Under the pieces are notes generated by a model. It was not told the origin of the DNA. It was given only the letters and a program-made list of their open reading frames with translations, and did no database searches. A stretch of DNA of 64,000 bases, taken from positions 27,342,001-27,406,000 of the forward strand of contig NC_082722.1 in the NCBI RefSeq assembly GCF_030144855.1, in the 5' to 3' direction. How positions within the stretch are numbered: the stretch's first letter is position 1; every line of letters begins with the position of its first letter. Below, in pieces: positions 1-13,149 of this stretch. The DNA comes from Hypanus sabinus. Taxonomy: Eukaryota. The position numbers were made by a program, and so were the translations under genes.

Positions 1-1635
1 CAAGGGTACTAGTGAGATGGAGGAACTGAGGGAAATACATGTTAGTAGAGAAGTGGTGTTACTTAAATTGAAGGGATTAAATGCAGGTAAATCCACAGGG
101 CCTGATGGTCTGCATCCTAGAGTGCTTAAGGAAGTAGCCCAAGAAATAGTGGATGCATTGGAGATAATTTTTCAAAACTCCTTAGATTCTGGATTAGTTC
201 CTGAGGATAGGAGGGTGGCTAATGTAACCCCACTTTTTTTTTTAAAAAAAAGAGGGAGAGAGAAACTGGGGAATTATAGACTGGTTAGTCTGATATTGCT
301 GGTGGGGAAAATGCTCGAGTCAGCTATCAAATATGTGATAACAGCACATTTGGAAAGAGGTGAAATCATCGGACAAAGTCAGAATGGATTTGTGAAAGAA
401 AGATCATGTCTGACGATTTGAACATGTAACTAGTTGAGTGGATAAAGGAGAGCCAGTGGATGTGGTATATTTAGATTTTCAAAAGGCTTTTGACAAGGTC
501 CCACACAGGAGACTAGTGTGCAAACTTAAAGCACACGATATTGGGGGTATGGTATTGATGTGGATAGAGAATTGGTTGGCAGATAGGAAGTAAAGAGTGG
601 GAGTAAACGGGATCTTTTCAGAACGGCAGGCAGTGACTAGTGTGGTACCGCAAGGCTCAGTACTGGAACCCCAGCTGTTTACAATATATATTAATGATTT
701 AGACGAGGGATTTAAATGAAGCATCTCCAAGTTTGCGGATGACACGAAGCTGGGCGGCGGTTTTAGCTGTGAGGTGGATGTTAGGAGGATGCAGGGTGAC
801 TTGGATAGGTTAGGTGATTGGGCAAATTCATAGCAGATGCAATTTAATGTGGATAAATGTGAGGTTATCTACTTTGGTTGCAAGAACAGGAAAACAGATT
901 ATTATATGAACGGTGGCCGATTAGGAAAAAGGGAGATGCAACGAGACCTGGGTGTCATTGTACATCAGTCATTGAAGCTGGGCATGCAGGTACAGCAGGC
1001 GATGAAAATGGGGAATTATATGTTAGCATTCATAGTGAAATGATTTGAGTACAGGAGCAGGGAGGTTCTATTGCAGTTGTACAAGGCCTTGAATATTGGT
1101 CCCCTGATCTGCGGAAAGACATTCTTGCCATAGAGGCAGTACAGAGAATGTTCAGCAGATTGATTCCTGGGATGACAGGACTTTCATATGAAGAAAGACT
1201 GGATCGACTAGGCTTACACTCACTAGAATTTAGAAGATAGAGGGGGGCGGATCTTATTAAAAGGTACAAAATTCTAAAGGGTTTGGACAGGCTAGATGCA
1301 GGAAAATTATGTTCGATGCTGGGGAAGTCCAGAATGAGGGGTCACAGTTTAAAGATAAAGGGGAAGCCTTCTAGGACCGAGATAAGGAAAAACTTCTTCA
1401 CACAGAGAGTGGTGAAACTGTGGAATTCTCAGCCACAGGAAACAGTTGAGGCCGGTTCATTGGCTATACTTAAGAGGAAGTTAGATATGGCCCTTGTGGC
1501 TAAAGGGATCAGGGGTTATGGAGAGAAAGCAGGTACAGGGTTCTGAGTTGGATGATCAGCCATGATCATACTGAATGGCTGTGCAGGCTCGAAGGGCTGA
1601 ATGGGCTACTCCTGCAACTATTTTCTATGTTTCTA
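1..1635 (+). mobile_element. CR1-clade LINE, RT region and 3' end, disabled
   Basis: GKSTGPDGLHPRVLKE, KAFDKV and KFADDTK motifs; 3' tail ending ttctatgtttcta. Inserted into the neighbouring minus-strand CR1 at a site empty in the paralog near 60015. Confidence 0.93.
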
Positions 1636-3700
1636 TTGCTGCCCCGTTGTCCTTCCTGCAAATGTCCCTACCCAGTCAACTTTAACCATATCCCTCTCAT
1701 GCCATTGTAATTTCCTTTATTCCACTGAAATACCGACACATTGGATTTTATTTTCCCATCTGAAATTTGAATGTGAACTGCATCGTATTATGGTCGAGCT
1801 TAGGCATTCCTTAACCCTAAAGTCACTTATCACTTCCGAATCATTGCACAACACCTAATCCAGCACAGCCGATCCCCTAGTGGGGTCAACAGCAAGCTGA
1901 TCTAAAAAGCAATCCCTTGGACATTCTGCAAATTCCCTCTCTTAAGATACAGTGCTGAGCTGGTTTTCTCAATCCACTTTCATGTTAAAATCCCCAATCA
2001 TTATCATTATCATGACATTGTGTTTCTCCCACGCTGTTCCTGTATCCTGCCGTAATTTGTAATCCACATCCCGGCTGCCGTTTGGAGGCCTGTATCCAAC
2101 TGCCATTAGTGTCCTTTTACACTTGCTATTTCTTAACTCAACCAGTAGCGTCTCTACACCTTCCAACCCTATGTCATCTCTTTCTAATAATCTTATATGA
2201 TTTCTTATACATAGAGCTACACTGCACCCTCTGCCTACTGAGCTGTCTTTCGGATACACTGTAAATCCTTGGACGTTAGTCTCCCAATTGCAGCTATCCT
2301 TTTGCTAAGTTTCAGAGATGGCCTCAACATCATATTTGCCAATCTGTAGTTGAATTTCAAGATCATCCAATTTATCCCAGCATTTGTTGCTTTCTGTTTT
2401 AACGGCAAGCCGCCGCTATTGCCCTTTAACTCACGCCATTAGCTGCGATAAAGCCTCATCTCCTGCCTGTTCATTGTGTAATCTCTGTTTGTCGTTATAT
2501 TTGATTTATTTCTGTTTTCCCCTTTCTCAACCCAATCATTCAGTTTCCCATCCCCTTGACATAGTTTAAACGCTGCCTAACAGCTCTATTAAATGTGACC
2601 GCTTGGATATTGGACGCCTTTGGGTTCAGGTGTAATCCGCCCGTTTTGTACATGCCGTATCTCCCGCAAAAGAGGCCCCAATTATCCAGGAATCTGAAGT
2701 CTTTCCGCCTACACCAGACTCTCCGCCACACATGAATACGCCTGAACATGCTATTTTTGCATTTGCTAACACGTGACACAGAGAGCAATCCTGAGTTTAC
2801 AGCCCTAGAGGACCTGCTTTCTACCTAACTCCCTGAATTCTCTCTTCTGGAACTCCTCCCTTTCTCTACCTTTGTCATTCCTACCAACGTGTATCAGGAC
2901 TTCTGGCTGTTCACCTTCTCCTTTCAGAATACTCTGCACCCGATCCGAGACACCTCTTACCCTGGTACCTGGAAGGCTAGACATCATGTAGGTACCTCTA
3001 TCAGGCTGACAGAACCCTCTGTCTGTTCCTCTTACTACGGATCCCCTATGACTACCATATTCAGCATCTTCCTCTTTCCCTCCTGCACCATGGAGCCAGG
3101 CTCAGTGCCACAGACCCGATTGTCACGGTCGTCCTCTGTCAGGTTATCCCCCTGAACCGCTTCCAAACCGAGATAACAATTACAGAGGCGGATGACCACA
3201 GGGACGCTCATTACTATCTGAGATGTGTTCTTCGCTTCCCTGACCAACACCAACTTATCTAACTCCTGCTGCTTCGGGGTGACTAACTGCCTGTAGATCC
3301 ATCTCTTTCCTGTTTATTGTCCCTAATAAGCCGAAGGTCATCGAGCCGCAGCTCCAGATCCCTAACATGGTCTGTCAGGAGCTACATCTTGGTGCACTTG
3401 GCGCAGATGTGGCCATCTGGGAGACTGGAAGATTCCCGGGATTCCCACATCTGACACCCAGAGCAAAATACTAACCCTACCAACATATTCAAAAAATGTA
3501 AAGGTATACCTCATAAACTTAAGGAAAAAACAAACACGAAGTACACCTACCCACCTGCCTCGCCGAAGCCTGAATCAGCCAAAACCTGTAGATTCTACTC
3601 TCGCCACTTGCCGCTCCGCTTAACCATTCTATACTTTCGTTCGTCGAGCTCAGTTGCCGTCGCTGATAGGCCCCGCACAATAGAAAAATGTCCGCGAAGC
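1636..3700 (-). mobile_element. CR1-clade LINE 5' part (ORF1 with SGNH esterase-like domain and APE endonuclease), decayed
   Basis: GYRPPN, IGDFN, LPGTRVRGVSDRV, HVGRND and GLHLN motifs. Same element as at 22.0-24.1 kb and 60.0-62.0 kb. Confidence 0.88.
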
Positions 3701-4534
3701 CCTCGTTTTAAGTAACAAAGATATCAGTACCGTCTTTAAGCAGGATCTTGTTACTAGAAAACTGAAAAGTGGCTACTGCGCATTCATTCAATAAGGCCCG
3801 AAAGTACAGGTAGCGAGCAAAATAGCGCTGTGGGGAAAAGATACTGAATGAAGGACAGAATCTGTCACAATTTGGAAAGGCAAAGTGTGTAATGTGATCG
3901 TCACAGTGGGGGTACCTCCCTCACAAATTTGATTCAGTTGTTTTGAAGATGCTGTGCTGAAAATTGCTAAGGGAAGGGCAGTAGACTATATCTTAACTAA
4001 ATTTTGCAAGGTCTGGTATGACAGTCTAGTATAGAATGCTGCGTGACACGGGAGCCAGAGTGAGCCAGCCAACTGAACACGGGAACACAAAATTGGTTTA
4101 CTAGAGAATCAGACGGTGATACTGGAGATTTCATACGAAGCGTAAAGGCCTGCAACTAGTGATGTATTGAACAGGTAGGTCCTGGTTACAGTATAATTTG
4201 ACATGTCTGAAATATTTAGTTAATAGTATTTTAGGTTGTTAATAAGTTTCAGAATGCAGCGGAATTACTGATATACCAGACAGTGACCATTAACTAAGAC
4301 GAGGAACGGGGAGAGTAGGCCAAGCAATTGTAGATAGATTTTATCTCGAATATTTGCAAATATCGGTTCGTTGTATCTTGCTTAGTTAAGCTGCGGCAGA
4401 AATTGCGGAATAGATTTCCCTGGGCGTTGAAGTAGAACCCGGTGACTGAGAGGTACAGGCTCGTTGATCTGTAAAATTGTCGACAGACGTGGACTGGCTG
4501 GTAAAGAATTTGTTTGTCACCATTGAATCGACAG

Positions 4535-4863
4535 TTCGAAATCAGAATCAGTATCGCAATCAGGTATATTATCACCGGCATGTGTCGTGAAATTTGTTAA
4601 TTTAGCAGCAGTAGATCAATACAATATACCCTAGGGAAAGGGAAATAAATAAAACTAATAGACTTTGCGCATATTAAATAGATTTTAAAAATAGTGCAAA
4701 CATAGAAATAACATATTTTAAAATTGGTGTATTCACGTGTTCAATATTCATTTAGGAATTGGATGTTAAAGGGGAAGATGCTGCTACTGAATCGTATAGT
4801 GTGTGCCTTCAGGCTTCTGTTCCTCCTACCTGAAGGTAACAGTGGAAAAATGGCATGCTTTGG
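4535..4863 (-). mobile_element. Rex1/Babar LINE 3' tail
   Basis: Aligns by eye to the Rex1 fragments at 25.0-25.8 kb and 62.9-63.7 kb. Confidence 0.65.
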
Positions 4864-5470
4864 GTACAAGACGAGAACACAGAGCCTTGGTCGAGGGAGA
4901 TACAACAGGACTGGATGTGGGACTCCTGGACAGGCCAAGGGAACCCCAGCAGAGGACCAGCGTGCCCCAGCACCGGGCTGGGCGAGGTACACCTGGGCTG
5001 AGAGAAGCACATGATAAGACGAGAACACAAAGCCGTGGCTTGGGCAGGACAAGGACCTTGAACGTGACTAGGATTGGACGAGACCCCGAAGCCTTGACTT
5101 GGTCGAGGAAAAGACAGGAACACAGAGCCTTGATCGAGAAAGAACAGGAACGCAGAACACTGAGCCTTGGTTCAGGGAGAGCAGCTCTGGTTCGAGGAAG
5201 AGAAAGGACAATGGAACACCGAGCCGTCACCCCTCCTTGGGTACAGGACGTAGGGCCGTGACTCATTACACAGAACGCTGAACACGACCGGACAGTTCAA
5301 CGCCAGATTGCGGCAAAACGGCCGGACCTACCTAGCGAAGGCGTGGACCCAGACAGACAGTACCAAACCGGGCGGGACTCCAGGCAGTGGCAAGGCGAAG
5401 CAAGGCTCCAGGCACAGGCCTGGCGAGGGATAATCACCCTCCAGAATCTGTACCTAGCTTAACTTCCCCA
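4864..5470. repeat. Unclassified GC-richer insertion with degenerate tandem units (gacgagaacacagagccttgg-like)
   Basis: At least four imperfect copies near 4869, 5019, 5114 and 5155. Absent from the paralog, which continues differently after atggcatgctttgggt at about 63265. Confidence 0.5.
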
Positions 5471-8045
5471 ACTCTCTTTCCACTTCAGCTGCCTCAGCAG
5501 TTGAAGGCTGTTTAAAATTGAATACTCATCTCGTGGATAACTTACAGCTGTGGAGATCAGGACCTGGACGGATTATGGTAGAATAAATAAAAGAATAAAA
5601 TTCCATATTCAAGGAACTTAAAGTGGCCTAATGGAATAGATAACAAAAACGTCTCATGGTCCAGCTTGCTGGATCATTGAATATGGAATGCAGGGAATAT
5701 TCGACAGATCTGGTCAGCATGTGCAAGCAGATCAAAAGAATTAAATCGTAAATTTACCTTCTTTTCTCAGAACTGTGTTTCTGGACTTCCGAACCCACAT
5801 TCATAACTTATGAATTCAAGAACTTCCAATAACATCGAGATAAATAGGTACATACCTGTGTTTTCTTTCCTATTTTATCTGCCTATCTAAAAGGCCCAGA
5901 GATTTTGTTCAATTCCGACGAAGTATCATGTCGATTCAAAATAGATATATTTTCACTTCTTCTTTATAATTCTCCAATGCGAACATTTGCATGCGAGTCT
6001 GCAAGTTTCGGTAAAAAATGTATGGAATAGAATTTTAATGCATTTGTCATTTTACCAAGAATGCCTTGTGTTTATGAGAACTAACACGCTGCCTGAGAAT
6101 AGAATTTCACTCGTGACTTTGCTGGTGGCATCATGGAAAGCTGAGGTCAATGACTGCTCATGTCTGGAACATATATGTAGCAGACATCTGGTGGTAACAC
6201 CTAAGAGTAGGTCAATAAGTTTAATTTAAGTAACTCTTTTGATATCGTGCTTCTGTCAGCTAGATTTTTCTCAAGTTGTGCTGCAACGTCTATACATCCT
6301 GCTTCTGTGCTATGTTCATTCTGGAAATAAATATATGAAAAAAAATAAACAGCTAATAATTGACATTTATGCGTGAGTCATTTTCTGAGAGCATTGAAGA
6401 GAGAATCGATTAGTTTGCAGATTAAACCGATTTCGGCGTGAAGCATACTCTTTTCTGATTAAATAAATATGGGACCGCAGCTAGTAGATATTTAGTTCAA
6501 TTTCACATCGTTTTCTCAGCAGTCATCTTCGCCGAAATTCATTTTCCTGTGCTGCACTGGTGCGTCGTTATATTAAAAGCAGTGTTATTGGAACAAGGAA
6601 CAGGTAGACAACATTACATCAAGTTGCAATGCGGATAGTCTCCTCTTGAAATAACGTTTTCCATGATAGTTTGAAGACTTAAATGAATGGAGAAGAAAGG
6701 TCATGTTGCAATGTGTTCGGTTCAAATCAAGTTACATCGTTAATTGGAAAGCAGGGTCATTATAGAAAACAGCTTTTTGCAGATTGTTGCAAACTAACAT
6801 TAAGCAGAAAACATCAGGCACTTTCTATGGAAAGAGGAAAATACACATCATTTCTCTTCATTACTCAGTGATCATACTGAAGTTTTCACATTATTTCTCA
6901 CAACAGTCGCTGCGTGGCTTGCTGAGTGTTCCCTATGACTTACACGTAGTAGTATCGAACGGTAGATTTAATTTTGCAGTCACCTAACTCAAGTTCATCT
7001 CCCTATTATCTATTAAAGAATAATCAACAATCAGTTGAAACATTTGTCCTGAAAAAACCTTGTTGGAATAATTTCGGAATATCTTTGTAATGAAGGCAGA
7101 GATGTTTAAAGGCGCGATTTTATAAAAGATTAAATCGTCCAGTGGACAAAGTTGTCTCACAAATTCGAAATCTAGATTTGCAATGAATCATTTGTCTTAA
7201 CCAGAGCTGTGCTTGGCATTTTAAAACGTCCTGATTTTTCTGAGATTGTCATGTATTCGAGCAATTGAATTGTCACAAATTACCTGTAACGTAAAACTGA
7301 GCTGTCTTTCATTAGAATTGTCTCTTATGATTCATTATATCCACAGCAGGATAAGGTCCCCAAAGTCCATAACCTCTCCCCGCTAAACTCAAGAAACAAA
7401 CCTCAAATGCATCCCTTGAGATCCAATAGACAAAATGTGTGTTACCTATGACCAACTTTACGCCCCAAGCAGCTACATAATTTCAGTTCTGAGAGAACAG
7501 GAAATACAATTTAATTATGTTGACAAAGCTTCAATGAAAGCAGCATAACATTCCCACCGTTTCATGGAAATCCGGAAACAGAACTGAACAAAATGGCGAG
7601 GTATTTGACATGGTATTCAGAAACTTAACTCCGTTTGTAGGAAGCACGTGGTAGCTCAGTCTTGTTTCATCTCCAACCAAGATGCCTTCGAATATTCTTT
7701 GTTCTCATCTTTAACTGGACAACAATTTATGCCCTGCCAGGTTAGGCACCTGAGTGCGTGCGAGCAGTTTTTTTTTTCTATATTGGGTAAAAATTTTTGC
7801 TCGATGGACTAACCTATTGTCTCCCGTTTACTTTGTGGAAATGTAGGAGATTCTTGAAATGGCAGTATTTCCCCCAGTGGAACTATTCATGTTGACTGGA
7901 TTTAAAAAGGAGCCTCGGAACTGCAATTCATCCCTTGAGGCTCCCTCCATGCGCCTTTTACAGATTTTATCGCAGTACCTCTTGAATCTTTGTCATAATT
8001 AAACTGAATAACTTGCTGTTTCAACTCTTTAAGCTCTCTCCTTAT

Positions 8046-8142
8046 ATGATCAACATCCTACACAGGAAATCTATCTCTGTCACAGACAGCATTTGTTGCT
8101 GCTTTTCGCTGATTTCTTCGTGCGAGCTGGTAACAGCAGCGA
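8046..8142 (+). pseudogene. Candidate leader exon of gene A (uncertain)
   Basis: ATG-initiated 97-bp segment ending in phase-1 donor GCG A|gtaagg with a hydrophobic, Cys-rich 3' half. A competing degenerate candidate lies at about 8578-8636. Confidence 0.25.
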
Positions 8143-8987
8143 GTAAGGAACCCATGTACTATACAGCCTACTTTGAAAAATAAACGGACTATAATCTGTC
8201 ACTGGAATAAATTTATGAAGAGTTCGCATTATATGCTTTTGTTTCATGAAACGTTAGCATTTAAATTGCATGAAAATTGCTGAAGTAATAGGCAAAATAC
8301 GGGACCAAATGTCGTTGCTCTTTGTCATCAATGCTCAGAATCTAAAATCATACATTGCTCCGGAGAGGTGTGCATGACTACGTCCGAGGGAATGTACCCG
8401 CTGTTCAAACCAGGCTCCTTCATCAATTTCCTTTTTGTTTTGCAATCCCGACATTAAGCAGTGGTTCATTAGTCGAACTTTTATAACAAGACCCTGAAGG
8501 AAATTATCATGAGAAGCAATTATTTTCATTTATTTAACACAGTCCCTACCCGACACGGCTTAAAACCTTTTGGGTGTGTGAGCGAAACTGCTTTCTTCGC
8601 TGCGGTGAGAAACCAGCAGGGTTCTATTTGACCGAAGGTATATGATTGAAATCGAGAAAAACGGCAAAGGTAAATTGGAATGAAGAAATGTTGTTACTAT
8701 TTTTGCACGCTTGTCTTATTAGACATTCTTCAAATTCTAAGCGGTTTTCCATCTTTACCATCAGAATGCTCAGAGTACAGATTTGAATTTCTATCTCAAG
8801 AAAGATTTGGATAATTCCTGAATTCAGCAAGAACGCAAAATTTGCAGCAAAATCAAGAAAGCACTAGAATTTGTTTGCGGTGTTTCAGCTATTCGTACGT
8901 CTTTGGCTCTTAGATATTCAGTGTCTTATGTCTTTTATTTTTGTTTTATTCAACTATTATTGATACTGTGGCTTATTTTTCCCGCAG

Positions 8988-9294
8988 CCGGCAAAATTAC
9001 TACGAGCATGGTATCTCAGTTCCCTAGGGACCTGGACTTCCCGGGTGGTGCGAATGTTACCATGTTCTGCAGGTTTCAAATATCAGCAGATACTGTCGAC
9101 GTTCTTTGGTGGAGGGAAGGCGAGAAGGCTTTTTTTACAAAGGGACAGCGGAAGATATTTTACCGTAGAAAGAAGAAGGGGAGCACTTCCACTCTGGAAT
9201 GTCAAAGTCCCCGACTCGGGAATGTATTAATGTGAAGAAAAGTATCAGGAACAATCTTCCGGGAGAGGAAGTGGTAACAAGCTCACTGCGTTTG
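8988..9294 (+). pseudogene. Gene A pseudo-exon: V(J) domain paralogous to gene B exon 2
   Basis: Acceptor cccgcag|, donor |gtaagt. 307 bp = 306 plus one extra T in the T7 run at 9130-9136. Corrected frame: MVSQFPRDL..MFC..VLW..DSGMY*C..GRGSGNKLTAF, with TAA at 9228-9230 replacing the second Y of YYC. Confidence 0.9.
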
Positions 9295-10679
9295 GTAAGT
9301 ATGGCAGTTTGGAGATTTTCGGCTCTGTGCGTTTTACATCAAACTTAGTGATGAGGGTAAAGCGAAATTATTCTAGCTGATAAATCAACGGCAAGAATAC
9401 ATTTGTTTCCCGTGTTAAAATATACCCCAGTCCAGAGATTCTAAATTCAGAATTAAAAAGAACAGAAGAATTAATCACATTTCATGTAGAAAACTTTAGT
9501 TGCCTAATACAGTTAATTCTGTTTATCTTATCGGACTTCCCTGGCTCTTTCCCACCACTGTTCCTCCTACCCTGTTCATCGGCTATTTCCCAGTGAAACC
9601 TAATGTCTAAGGTTAGTGATACCTTTGGATTTTACCCTTTTTATTGCGAAGGTGCTTTGAATACAATGAACTAATTTTCAATAAAAGTTAGGATTGCTTT
9701 GCAGTAAAGCGGCTGAAATAATATTAATGCTAATGTAAATGGCTGGACTTGTATAACGCGATTCGTCATCACAGAGCACCCAAAAATGATAACGTATATA
9801 ATCTCTATCAAAGAGTCTGTATTCAAAAGTACAACGCTCAATTTCCGCAGCAACACGTTAAGAGGAATAACACCCAGTTACAAACGAATTAATACCAACA
9901 TCAAGTAACGATTTGCCGCATGCACTGCAAATTGTCATTCCAACCTTTGTCATGCAGGTTCACAAAATCCATTGTTTTTCGCCATAGAAAGTGGGGAGAA
10001 ATATAGAACTCTAAAGATCGAGGTGAAGGGTGGGGAGTCGAGCGCAAACCCACATTCAACACTTCCGCTGGCAGCTCATTCCACAATAGATTCACCGTCT
10101 GAGTGAAGATGTTTCCCTTGATGTTCGACTTTAATACTTCTCATTTCACTCTTCAGCTATGACTTCCAATTACATTCTGACCAAACCTATGTGAATGAAG
10201 CAGCCTTACAATCACCATATCTGTATCGCTCATAATTTTGTATACCTCTATCAAATGATCGCGCATTCTCTTACGAATCACGGAAAAAAACCGTCGTTTC
10301 CTCATAATTCATGTCCTCAAATTCATGCATATCCTTGTAAGTTTTGTTTATACAAATTCAATCATATTGATAACTTTAACGCAGACAGGTAACCAGAACT
10401 GCGAACAATATTTCAAATTAGTTCACACTAACTTTTAATACAATTTCGGCATAACTTCCCAACTTCTATACTCAATACTCTGATATATGAAGGCGAATTT
10501 GACAAAAGCTATCTTTACGGTATTATCCGCCTTTGACTCTACTTTCACTGAGTTATCAATCTATATTCCAAGATCATTTTTTACCCCACTCCTCAATGCC
10601 TGTCTCGTTCACTGTGTATATACGAGACTGTTTGGTCTTCTCAAACTGCAACAGCTTACCATTACCTTCATTAAATTCT

Positions 10680-12630
10680 GGAAAGCGGCCAGTGAGTGAC
10701 TGAGCCAGTGAAGGAGTGGAGATTTGAGGCTTTGACTTGAGAGGCTTCAACGAAAAGAGGCGGAGGACGAGCTTGTTCCCAGTTAGTCTTTACAATGCCT
10801 CCAGAGACGGTGACGTGCCTCTCCTGTGAGATGTGGCAGTCTTGGGGGAACTCTCCTCTCCCGCAGAGTCTCATCTGCCAGAAGTGCTTGCGGCTGGAAG
10901 ACCGTGTATGGAATCTGGAGCAGCAGCTGGATGACCTTCGACTCATAAGGGAGAATGAGACAGTCATAGATGAGAGCTACAGGGAGGCAGTCATACCTAG
11001 GCTGCCGGAAGCAGGTCGTCTGGGTGGAAGCCAGGAAAAAGAAGGAAGCAGTTACTCTACTGGGGGTATTCTATAGGCCCCCTGGTAGCAGCAGAGATAC
11101 TGAGGAGCATATTGGGAAGCAGATATTGGAAAGGTGCAAAAATAACAAGTTTGTTATCATGGGTGACTTTAACTTCCCTAATATTGATTGGCACTTGATT
11201 AGTTCCAAGGGTTTAGGTGGGGCAGAGTTTGTTAAGTGTGTTCAGGATGGATTCCTGTCACATTATGTTGACAGGCCAACTAGGGGGAATGCCATACTCG
11301 ATCTTGCATTAGGTAACGAACCGGGTCAGGTGACAGATCAGTCAATGGGTGAACATCTGGGGGACTGTGATCACAGCTCCCTGACCTTTAGCATTATCAT
11401 GTAAAAGGATAGAATCAGAGACGACAGGATTTTTTTAATTGGGGAAGGGGAAATTATGAGGCTATATTGCTAGAACATATGGGTATGAATCAGGAAGATG
11501 TTTTTGCAGGGAAATGTGATATGGACATGCGGTCGATCTTTGGCCAGGTGCTTTCAGAATTGGTTTGCCTGCAGAAGGCAGAGGGTCGTGGTGGAGGGAG
11601 TACATTCAGATTGGAGGGTTGTGACTAGTGGTGTCCCATAAGGATCTGTTCTGGGACCTCTACTTTATGTGATTTTTATTAACAACCTGGATGTTGGGGT
11701 AGAAGTGTGGGTTGGCAAGTTTGCAGACGACACGAAAGCTGGCGGTGTTGTAGATCGTGTAGAGGGTTGTCCAAGATTGCCGAGAGACGTTGATGGGACG
11801 CAGAAGTGGGCTGAGAAGTGGCAGATGGAGTTCAACCCAGAGAAGTGTGAGGTGCTACATTTTGAAAGGACAAACTCCAAGGCAGTGTACAAAGTAAATG
11901 GCAGGATACTTGGTAATGTGGAGGAGCAGAGGAATCTTAGGGTACATATCCACAAATCCCTGAAAGTTGCCTCACGGGTCGATAGGGTAGTTAAGAAAGC
12001 TTATGGGGTGTTAGCTTTCATAAGACGAGGCATAGATTTTAAGAGGCGCGATGTAATGATGCAGTTCTATAGAAATCTAGTTAGACCACACTTGGAGTAT
12101 TGTGTCCAGTTCTGATCGCTTCAGTATAGGAAGGATGTGGAAGCATTGGAAAAGGTACAGAGGAGATTTACCAGGATGCTGCCTGGTTTAGAGGGTATGG
12201 ATTATGATGAGAGATTAAGACAGTTAAGGCTTTACTCTTTGGAGAGAAGGAGGATGAGAGGAGACATTATGGAAATGTACAAGTTATTAAGAGGAATAGA
12301 CAGAGTGGACAGCCAGTGCCTCTTCCCCAGGGCACCACCGCTCAGTACAAGAGGACATGGCTTTAAGGTAAGGGGAGGGACGTTCAAGGGGGATATTAGA
12401 GGAAGGGTTTAATATTATAGGAACAATCAGAGAATGTTTGGTGCGTGGAATGCACTGCCTGAGTCAGTGCTGGAGGCCAATACACTAGTGAAGTTTAAGA
12501 GATTGCTAGACAGGTATATGGAGGAATTTGAGGTGGGGGGGTTATATGGGAGGCAGGGTTTGAGGGTCCACACAACATTGTGGCCCGAAGGGCCCGTAAT
12601 GTGCTGTACTATTCTATGTTCTATGTTCTA
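10680..12630 (+). mobile_element. CR1-clade LINE with large internal deletions
   Basis: ORF1 N-terminus (CLSCEMW..CQKC) runs directly into mid-endonuclease (FYRPP, MGDFNFP), then jumps to the RT C-terminal half (KFADDTK) and the 3' tail. Confidence 0.88.
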
Positions 12631-13149
12631 TCTGCCATTTTCAACCGACCTTGTCCATAACACGCTGCAAACTTCGAAGCCTTCCCCGGTATCAAAATCC
12701 GCAAATTGCTGAGCCAGTTTACCACATTATAATCCACGAAGAAAATAACCATCAACCATCCTGTGGCACAGCACTAGCGAAAGGCCTTCTACCATACTCT
12801 GGCTTCTCTGCAAAACCAATGCCAGATTCAATTTACTCCTTCATCCTGAATGCAAGTGAACGTTCTTGATCAGCCCCCCCACCACCATGCAGAATTTGTC
12901 CAAAGCTGTTGCTAAAATCCATGTTGTCGATAACCACTTTTATCCGTCCTCAGGATCCATGGTAACCAGTCCGAGAAGCTCCTTAGGATTGATTAGCCAT
13001 AGCCTACCTTGCACAAAACAGTGGTATCTATTCCCAGTCAAGTCCAGTCTATCTAAATATTCTTCAAATTATCTTTCAATAAATTACCTACTTATCTGCA
13101 ATATGTATAATATCCTGGCTTTTTCCGAGAGTCTATCTTGAACAATGGC

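Noticed and set aside
8903-9235. ORF-track 110-aa ORF with an apparent signal peptide
   Set aside because: The hydrophobic N-terminus is translated intronic pyrimidine tract and the C-terminus is frameshift read-through of the V pseudo-exon
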